A program made the translations under genes and the position numbers. From a virus, in the IMG/VR virus record IMGVR_UViG_3300010371_000029, positions 66,269 to 130,268 of that record: a DNA stretch of 64,000 nt; one strand, written 5' to 3'. Below are positions 58,103 to 64,000 of the stretch, in pieces. Under the pieces are notes generated by a model. It had not been told where the DNA came from and did no database searches. It saw only the letters and a list, made by a program, of their open reading frames with translations. The first letter of the stretch is position 1. The number at the start of each line of letters is the position of its first letter.

Positions 58103-58123
58103 AAAAGAGCGGTAAGCCGCCCT
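58103..58123 (-). terminator. Rho-independent terminator
   Basis: GGGCGG-ctta-CCGCTC followed by a T run. Confidence 0.7.
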
Positions 58124-58316
58124 AATCCCAAATAATTAACTCATCCGGTCTATAGTGGCCCCTATCTATTTCTACTTGAATTTCTCTATCATTGAATTCT
58201 AAATCAATATCCCCAATTTCAAGGTCGGGCGATATACCCTTTTCTTTAAGAAGGGCATCAACTTTTCGCTTAAATTCATTCCAAGTCATGGGTTAACGTC
58301 TCCAAAACTAAAGAGT

Positions 58317-58532
58317 TTAATCATTTTTGTGACGGTATAAAGGGGGGAATATAGTGAAAAATACTAATATAACAACTACTATTAAAATTGAAGTAATAAT
58401 AGTGGGACCGTCACCTGAATTATGGAAAGATTGTGTGGGCGAACTTGAAGAATTATTTGTATCCCAAATTGGGTTCATTGGGTTAAAGGGGCTTAAGGGA
58501 CTGATAGGGTTAGTGGGGTCTAGTAAATCCAT
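58317..58532 (-). CDS. Small membrane protein with NP/SP repeats
   Basis: DPTNPISPLSPFNPMNP, then a TM helix. Confidence 0.6.
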   Translation of the reverse strand: MDLLDPTNPISPLSPFNPMNPIWDTNNSSSSPTQSFHNSGDGPTIITSILIVVVILVFFTIFPPLYRHKND

Positions 58533-58726
58533 AAAACTGTACCTTTATTGTTTCGCGGCCCAAAATGCTAGAAGAACCGATAATATTATAGTAAAGGCGA
58601 TTAATATTATTACTACAAATAATTTAACGGTGAACATCAATTATTGTCCGTGGACAAGGATAGTTAAGAAAGAAAGTATCAGTACAATGGCCGCGAAGAC
58701 AAGAATATCGCCCATAGAATTTTTCC

Positions 58727-58969
58727 TTAATTATGAGCCCATTCCCGTATATGACGCCCAAAACGTTTCTGGGCGAAAGCTTCATCTCGCCAAACGAACC
58801 ATAAAGCATAGAAGAAACCGGGAAAATGAAGGAAAAGTCCTAGGATGAAAGCTATAACAATCTGGGCGGAAGTGCCACCTTTAACGGCTGTAACCGTGGG
58901 TGGGCCGACTAATGGGACGAATGCGCCGATAGATAGAAGGAGATTCCAGATTAGATAGATTAGGGGCAT
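58727..58969 (-). CDS. Small membrane protein
   Basis: Two hydrophobic segments; PG..YALW.V resembles Pmp3/YqaE. Confidence 0.5.
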   Translation of the reverse strand: MPLIYLIWNLLLSIGAFVPLVGPPTVTAVKGGTSAQIVIAFILGLFLHFPGFFYALWFVWRDEAFAQKRFGRHIREWAHN

Positions 58970-58979
58970 AGGGGGCCTT

Positions 58980-59633
58980 TCATTTTTTGCCGAGAATATT
59001 TTCTAGAATATTACAATTTTTTAATTTTACACCAATCGCGCCAGCCGCTTCAAAAAACTGAACATGTTGGGGGGAATATATCCGTCCCTGTGCTGTTATT
59101 TTTAACTTCGATAATCGTGTTAGCGATTCTATGAATATAGCGTGTTCTGCTGTATCATCTGTCAGAAACCCAGACCCAGAAACAACTTCGGTAAATTCCA
59201 ATTCTTCAAGTAGCTCCCTAAGTTGTAATATCTCAGGGTCATTATAGTTAACATAATCAAAACAAGGTCTAAGCTTAACCCGGTGGTCCGCGCAAATATT
59301 TAGGAGAAGCATTAACTCCTCCTTTAAAACTTTCCAATACTTATTTTTAATGAAATAAGGATTTATAAGGGTTTCAATCATCCCCGCGCCAGATTTAATG
59401 GCGTCTAGGACCATGTGCCCCTTAATTTTAGGAAGGGATACCCCATAAGGGTAGTCTATGATGGAACATAGTTCAAGCTGTTTCTTGTGGGTGACGAGGT
59501 AGTCTTTAATTAGACCGATATAGATAGGAAGGGTAGAAAATCTCGACACCCCGTAATTTATGGCCGCTACTACATTATCTAGGACCCTAATATCTAGGGC
59601 ATCCCGGTCGTAGAAGGAAAGTTCTATATTCAG
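58980..59633 (-). CDS. Degenerate deoxyribose-phosphate aldolase (DeoC)-like TIM barrel, CTG start
   Basis: IIDYPYG, AIKSGA..IE, SGSGF, AAGA. The frame extends to (CTG)NIELSFYD after GAGGAG. Confidence 0.65.
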   Translation of the reverse strand: MNIELSFYDRDALDIRVLDNVVAAINYGVSRFSTLPIYIGLIKDYLVTHKKQLELCSIIDYPYGVSLPKIKGHMVLDAIKSGAGMIETLINPYFIKNKYWKVLKEELMLLLNICADHRVKLRPCFDYVNYNDPEILQLRELLEELEFTEVVSGSGFLTDDTAEHAIFIESLTRLSKLKITAQGRIYSPQHVQFFEAAGAIGVKLKNCNILENILGKK

Positions 59634-59685
59634 AGGGGGCTCCTCTTAAAAGGATTTTGGGTACTCCAAAAATCCTATACACCGA

Positions 59686-59916
59686 CTATTGAATTCGTTT
59701 AATCATATTGCTATTTAGATATATTTGAAATAAATTTAAAGAACGAATTATTGGATTATCTAACCTTGGGTCACCGGTTTCTTTACAATAAGCATTATAA
59801 TATATATGATAATCGTCTCTTTTAATTATTTTTAAAATCCAATTTTCTATTCCACCATAACATGTTTCATATACTTCTTCGGGGGGAGACCGAGTAAGTT
59901 TTAGGAGTTTGTACAT
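59686..59916 (-). CDS. LLKITR-family small protein 10
   Basis: N-terminus MYKLLKLTRS. Confidence 0.8.
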   Translation of the reverse strand: MYKLLKLTRSPPEEVYETCYGGIENWILKIIKRDDYHIYYNAYCKETGDPRLDNPIIRSLNLFQIYLNSNMIKRIQ

Positions 59917-60182
59917 GGAAGGAAATACTTATCTGGGGATAGGTCGTAGGCTTCTTCTCTAGTTAAATAAGTTGGGGAATAATGTTCAAAAAAATCTTTC
60001 CAAGATTGAATTCCAAAATACATATCTCTCTCTTTGTCCCAATCATTAATACAATGAATAAAGTTATAATACCAATTATAATTATCTATTCTAATTACTT
60101 CATATATATAGGAATCTACTGTAAACCAAAAAGGAACCTGTCTTGAGTAGGTCGGACGGGTTATTCGCAGCATCTCTCTCAT
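59901..60182 (-). CDS. LLKITR-family small protein 11
   Basis: N-terminus MREMLRITRP. Confidence 0.8.
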   Translation of the reverse strand: MREMLRITRPTYSRQVPFWFTVDSYIYEVIRIDNYNWYYNFIHCINDWDKERDMYFGIQSWKDFFEHYSPTYLTREEAYDLSPDKYFLPCTNS

Positions 60183-60433
60183 CGGGGTGTTACCAAACTA
60201 TCGAAATCTTTTTTAGAAATTTGATATATTCTACCAGAATCAAAATATTGTACCCAGGAAGATTTTTTAAGCGTATCAGAATGAGTATACCACGCTTTAT
60301 CATTTATCCTAAAAACATAATATTCCCATTCTTCTTTTATTTCTCCAACTATCTCGTAAACATATTCTAGTTCTCTTAAATATCTTGGATACGGTTGTAT
60401 TTTTTCTGCCGTTATTTTTAATATTTCACGCAT
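60179..60433 (-). CDS. LLKITR-family small protein 12 (variant tag)
   Basis: N-terminus MREILKITAE. Confidence 0.75.
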   Translation of the reverse strand: MREILKITAEKIQPYPRYLRELEYVYEIVGEIKEEWEYYVFRINDKAWYTHSDTLKKSSWVQYFDSGRIYQISKKDFDSLVTPR

Positions 60434-60518
60434 CGCCCACCAATTTTATAGATTATACATAGGCGTAGCCCTACCAAAATTCAGCAACTTTTGGGGCAAT
60501 TTCAGAAGCATAGCTTCC

Positions 60519-60687
60519 CTAGTTAGTTTTAAAAGCCTTAGCATAATCCTCAAACCTTAATTTAGCTATAGACTTTCTATCGGAAGTCCTAACTACTACA
60601 CCCTCAGAACCCCCTTTTGCATCTCCCGATAGAGTCACTTTAGATTTAGAATAATCTTGCAAAAAACCGAATATCAAAATTCATCAT
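60519..60687 (-). pseudogene. RNA-ligase-like C-terminal remnant
   Basis: ..GGSEGVVVRTSDRKSIAKLRFEDY..* resembles nucleotidyltransferase motifs IV/V. It follows an out-of-frame MMNFDIR start. Confidence 0.6.
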
Positions 60688-61049
60688 TCTGGCACATATT
60701 GTTTGGGAATTTTTTTAAGTTTAAACTCTCCATTATATCGGTCTCCAGTAAATGAACCATTAAAACCGTGTTTGTTCATTACCCCTTTCCATTCATAATA
60801 GGCCCCGTCAATAATAGCAACACCTTTCAGGTTGTTTTCGGGACCTTTAAAAGGGACCGAATAGTCCCATGAGACCCCTTCCCACACTCCCCAAAAGTGG
60901 CCCAGGTACTTATCTTTACCGTCTGGAATTACCTCAAGGTTCATAGGGCCTTCGATAGGTCGATTGGTAGTCCACCAGGAGCCTCGATAAATCTCGGCTC
61001 CAGCAGAAGATGTAAAGAGAAGTATAATAATAAATAGTTTAAGTTTCAT
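60684..61049 (-). CDS. Secreted beta-rich hypothetical protein
   Basis: Signal peptide (..SAGA|E); G.F.G repeats. Confidence 0.65.
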   Translation of the reverse strand: MKLKLFIIILLFTSSAGAEIYRGSWWTTNRPIEGPMNLEVIPDGKDKYLGHFWGVWEGVSWDYSVPFKGPENNLKGVAIIDGAYYEWKGVMNKHGFNGSFTGDRYNGEFKLKKIPKQYVPE

Positions 61050-61341
61050 ATGTTCCCCATATTAAGGAATCATTCACATAATCGCCAACTTTTAATTCAT
61101 CTGTCGTAGCCGTACACATTCCTCCTGGACCATGTGGAATTCTCTTTAATAAGGCGGGAAGAGCATATTTTGCCGGCATAGAAATATTGAAATCTTCACA
61201 TTTAATTAAAGTGATTTTAAAATTATCACGATTAATTGCTATAATCTTACTAAATTTTAATGTTCTAGTAATAGACTTTTCATTTTTACGAGATAGAAAA
61301 CCAAGAAAAGGAAAGCTGAGAATTTTTCTACGAGAAATCAT
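61039..61341 (-). CDS. Tat-like signal protein with a degenerate Hint-like segment
   Basis: MISRRKILSFPFLGFL...DELKVGDYV. Confidence 0.55.
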   Translation of the reverse strand: MISRRKILSFPFLGFLSRKNEKSITRTLKFSKIIAINRDNFKITLIKCEDFNISMPAKYALPALLKRIPHGPGGMCTATTDELKVGDYVNDSLIWGTYET

Positions 61342-61351
61342 AGAATTTTTC

Positions 61352-61747
61352 CTAACTGGGCAACTTGCCACCCTCTAGATAAAGTGAACCGTCAGCAAGA
61401 AAAGCGGAAACATCAAGATAAATCTTATCCCCCGATTTTAAATCACAGAGTTTACGAGCAATAGAAAAATCTATATATCTCACGTTTTTGTTTAAACATG
61501 TTTCTTTATACGGGACATTAACACAAAAAGCATGAGTCTCCGTACATGCTAGTCTCCACCCTTTTCCTCGAATTTCATAAAAGTCACCAGTCTTTGACCT
61601 TCTTTCATAAACACCTTGAATTTCGAGCAATATTGGACTATTAGGCATTTTAAACGTTTTTTCTGAAAAGGCGGCTTCTGCTAGCCTTGAAGAAAATAGC
61701 GACAAAAACGGAAAAGTGGTAAAAAGACGCCTTGAAATCTTATTCAT
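61352..61747 (-). CDS. Tat-like signal protein with a partial Hint domain
   Basis: MNKISRRLFTTFPFLSLF..AEAA; LACTETHAF (block B TxxH); CDLKSGDKI. Confidence 0.6.
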   Translation of the reverse strand: MNKISRRLFTTFPFLSLFSSRLAEAAFSEKTFKMPNSPILLEIQGVYERRSKTGDFYEIRGKGWRLACTETHAFCVNVPYKETCLNKNVRYIDFSIARKLCDLKSGDKIYLDVSAFLADGSLYLEGGKLPS

Positions 61748-61986
61748 ACCTGCGGCTCCCTGGGAAATTTAGGTATATAATTTAATGGTTTCATATATCC
61801 TTTTTCTAATTGATATTCAAATATTGAAAGAGGGTCACAAAGAGAAGCTTGATATACCTTATTAATCGTAGCGTCATAATATACTTTATTGTTTTTAATT
61901 TTTAAAATTCTATAAATAATATCATTACTTTTTATATATTTTGGTATATGAGAAGATGGGCGAGTTATACGAAGTACATTATACAT
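61744..61986 (-). CDS. LLKITR-family small protein 13
   Basis: N-terminus MYNVLRITRP. Confidence 0.8.
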   Translation of the reverse strand: MYNVLRITRPSSHIPKYIKSNDIIYRILKIKNNKVYYDATINKVYQASLCDPLSIFEYQLEKGYMKPLNYIPKFPREPQV

Positions 61987-61997
61987 AGCGTACACGC

Positions 61998-62645
61998 TTA
62001 TACTTCAAAATAAAAAGGTTCATTAATCGGCCTATAGGACCCATCCATTAAGGACGCATTTACAATAGTGGTATCCTGAAGCTTATAGACGCCGTACCCC
62101 TCATGAATGTGGCCGCACACCACAAAACGGGGCTTAACACGGAGAATATGGTCCGTTAGAGATTTGGACCCCCGATGTTCGCTATTAACCCGCATACCAG
62201 GAATCGCGGGAGCAAGGTCCCCAAAGCCGTATGGGGGGCCGTGAGACACGATGATATTAGTGTCGGTAGGGATGAGAGAGTATTTTTTATCTAACTCTTC
62301 TTCGGGAAGATTGAACGCCCAATTATCGAATGGAAGTTGCCAGGGCGAACCCCAAATTTTTAGCCCTTCATATTCATGCAATTGGTCAATAAGTGTAACA
62401 CAAGCCACATCTGAGACAATCTTTGGGTATTTCTCAAAGATAAAATCATGGTTTCCTGGGACAAGAACTATTTCCTCGGCGGGACATTCCCAGAGCCAAT
62501 CATTGAAATCTTCTCTTAACCAAACTTCCTGAAAATCTATATCGTGATTATGAACCGGGCAAATATCTCCACAAATTATAGCCAATCCACAATCTTCAAT
62601 CTCAGGGAGGTATCCATGAAGGTCCGAAACGATTGATATTAACAT
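61998..62645 (-). CDS. Calcineurin-like metallophosphoesterase
   Basis: SDLHG, CGD, PGNHD, SHGPP, CGHIHE. Confidence 0.9.
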   Translation of the reverse strand: MLISIVSDLHGYLPEIEDCGLAIICGDICPVHNHDIDFQEVWLREDFNDWLWECPAEEIVLVPGNHDFIFEKYPKIVSDVACVTLIDQLHEYEGLKIWGSPWQLPFDNWAFNLPEEELDKKYSLIPTDTNIIVSHGPPYGFGDLAPAIPGMRVNSEHRGSKSLTDHILRVKPRFVVCGHIHEGYGVYKLQDTTIVNASLMDGSYRPINEPFYFEV

Positions 62646-62761
62646 TAGTCGTAGTGGTATCCATTTAAGGAACAGTAAGCCTTATACGTGAATGTGAGGG
62701 ACCAAATTAACCAAAATGAAACAGATATCCATATAATAATTCTTTCAACGGTGCCCATAGG

Positions 62762-63418
62762 TCACCGTGTCATTCTAATAAGTTCTTCCTCATCAATCGT
62801 TGAAATTGCACCACCCTTACAAGATGCCGCCATCTCCTGAATAACAACCTTGTCAACGTCGTTCAATATGACGATATAGTTAGCAATCTTAGAAAAATTA
62901 TCTATAACCATACCGTTCTTAGCTAGAACCCTGTCCTGAAGCTCTTCCAGCGAAAGGGTACGGGGCGACCCAATTAGATAGAAAATCTTACCTTCAACGG
63001 AAACATCCTCAGCGGCGGCCGGGGCGGCTTCAGGTTGGGAAATGTCATTAATCTCCCTTTCCTTATAGCCGAATCTATCCAAAATAGTCTTGGCCTCTTC
63101 TACGCTCTCAGCCACAATATTACAAAGTGGGCTCACCGAAACAACTTGGAGTGAGAGGGGAACGAACTCAGGCGCGCCCTTACTAAAAGCTACTTCGTGG
63201 AATTGCTTAGCTAAAATCGCGGGTGAATTCTTTCTATTGTTATTACCATTAAAGGCCCACAGTCTATGCCCCTTAATACCCTTCATTCTTTCATCAGGAG
63301 ACAGGACCCTTTCAACCAACAGGGTCGCACTACTAAACCCATCGCTAATTTGTACATAACCGGAACACTCACCCCGCTCAAACGCTTTTTGAAATGCTTC
63401 AAACGTCGTGTAACGCAT
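62762..63418 (-). CDS. Protein with C-terminal BRCT-like domain
   Basis: GKIFYLIG..LEELQDRV..NG.V....SK..NYIV..IDEEEL. Confidence 0.7.
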   Translation of the reverse strand: MRYTTFEAFQKAFERGECSGYVQISDGFSSATLLVERVLSPDERMKGIKGHRLWAFNGNNNRKNSPAILAKQFHEVAFSKGAPEFVPLSLQVVSVSPLCNIVAESVEEAKTILDRFGYKEREINDISQPEAAPAAAEDVSVEGKIFYLIGSPRTLSLEELQDRVLAKNGMVIDNFSKIANYIVILNDVDKVVIQEMAASCKGGAISTIDEEELIRMTR

Positions 63419-63429
63419 AATTTATTCCT

Positions 63430-63999
63430 TTAGGCACTGTAGACGTAACCGGTAACGGCAATATCAACTTGAGATTGTTCAGGAAAGTATTCGGCGATTA
63501 AATCTTGCGGACAGTTTTTATAGTCTCGTTTAAGGATTGTCCCCAATCCCATATGGTCAAGGCTTTCAATTAAGATTTCTGTCTGCTTTTTATTGTTAGA
63601 TAACAGGAATTTTTTAGCAAAAGAGTCAATCTCCCCTCTATTTTTAAGACGTATCTCTTGTACGTGAGCCCTGTACTCTTCCCATGTGGTTTGTTCTTTC
63701 TCTGGGTCTATCGCCACCCCCTTTATTTTTATTCTAAGGTCCAAATCCTTCAAATTAGATATTTTAAGTTCAAGGTCATTAATAAAATATTTAGCAGTGA
63801 TGAGCAGTTTCTTTAACTCTTGGTCAAAAAAATCTTTAGCCTCACCTATTGTCGGAAATAAATAATTCTCCTCTCTAATAGAATCGGCTCTAGTTTGTTT
63901 TTGCACAATTCTATTATCAAAAGAAAGAAAAACCTTCTCAATACCAACAAAAGCTTCAAGTTCAGCCCTAGCCTTTTTTAGATTACGATTTTCAACCAC
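63430..63999 (-). CDS. Hypothetical protein, possibly truncated at the window end
   Basis: Long ORF; no motif. Confidence 0.55.
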   Translation of the reverse strand: MVENRNLKKARAELEAFVGIEKVFLSFDNRIVQKQTRADSIREENYLFPTIGEAKDFFDQELKKLLITAKYFINDLELKISNLKDLDLRIKIKGVAIDPEKEQTTWEEYRAHVQEIRLKNRGEIDSFAKKFLLSNNKKQTEILIESLDHMGLGTILKRDYKNCPQDLIAEYFPEQSQVDIAVTGYVYSA

Positions 64000-64000
64000 A

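Noticed and set aside
60434-60511. Possible decayed 14th tag (ATG TAT AAT CTA TAA AAT T, 'MYNL*') upstream of 60433
   Set aside because: Too short to distinguish from chance.
6023-61986. LLKITR family as a DNA repeat, integron cassette array or DGR target
   Set aside because: Tag codons vary synonymously, and no conserved flanking att-like sites, template repeat or reverse transcriptase are visible in the window.
230-63359. Plus-strand ORFs in the provided track other than 41770..42453
   Set aside because: They are antisense shadows of well-supported minus-strand genes and have no motifs.
1-64000. Stop-codon reassignment, as in some large phages
   Set aside because: Core genes are full-length under code 11, and TAA, TAG and TGA all end genes at sensible positions.

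Overview
This is a 64 kb stretch of a large dsDNA bacteriophage genome, probably a jumbo phage. It uses the standard code 11, is densely coded, and almost every gene lies on the minus strand. It carries a replication/recombination block: a split DnaE polymerase, DnaQ-like exonuclease, SSB, primase, DnaB, RecA, a PD-(D/E)XK nuclease and a sigma factor. Nucleotide-metabolism genes include class II RNR, dNMP kinase, dCMP deaminase, MazG, Nudix, and NDT-like and DeoC-like proteins. There are also three DNA adenine methyltransferases, about 12 glycosyl-, sulfo- and methyltransferases, a cysteine-peptidase/membrane-protein block, four LAGLIDADG inteins and four free-standing homing endonucleases. 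The strongest unexplained signal is a dispersed family of 13 small proteins, at 7 loci, that all begin with MxxLL[KR][IL]TR(P). This tag is conserved as protein, not as DNA, and precedes highly divergent bodies, which suggests an undescribed targeting or docking signal. Other notable items are a tRNA-like gene with a 4-nt-short anticodon arm near an HD-domain gene, two Tat-signal proteins with partial Hint-like domains, a recurrent GGTGTAT putative phage promoter, ATT/ATA/CTG start codons, a TMEM189/CarF-type desaturase and three deletion-remnant pseudogenes. All family calls come from motif recognition by eye; no database search was run.
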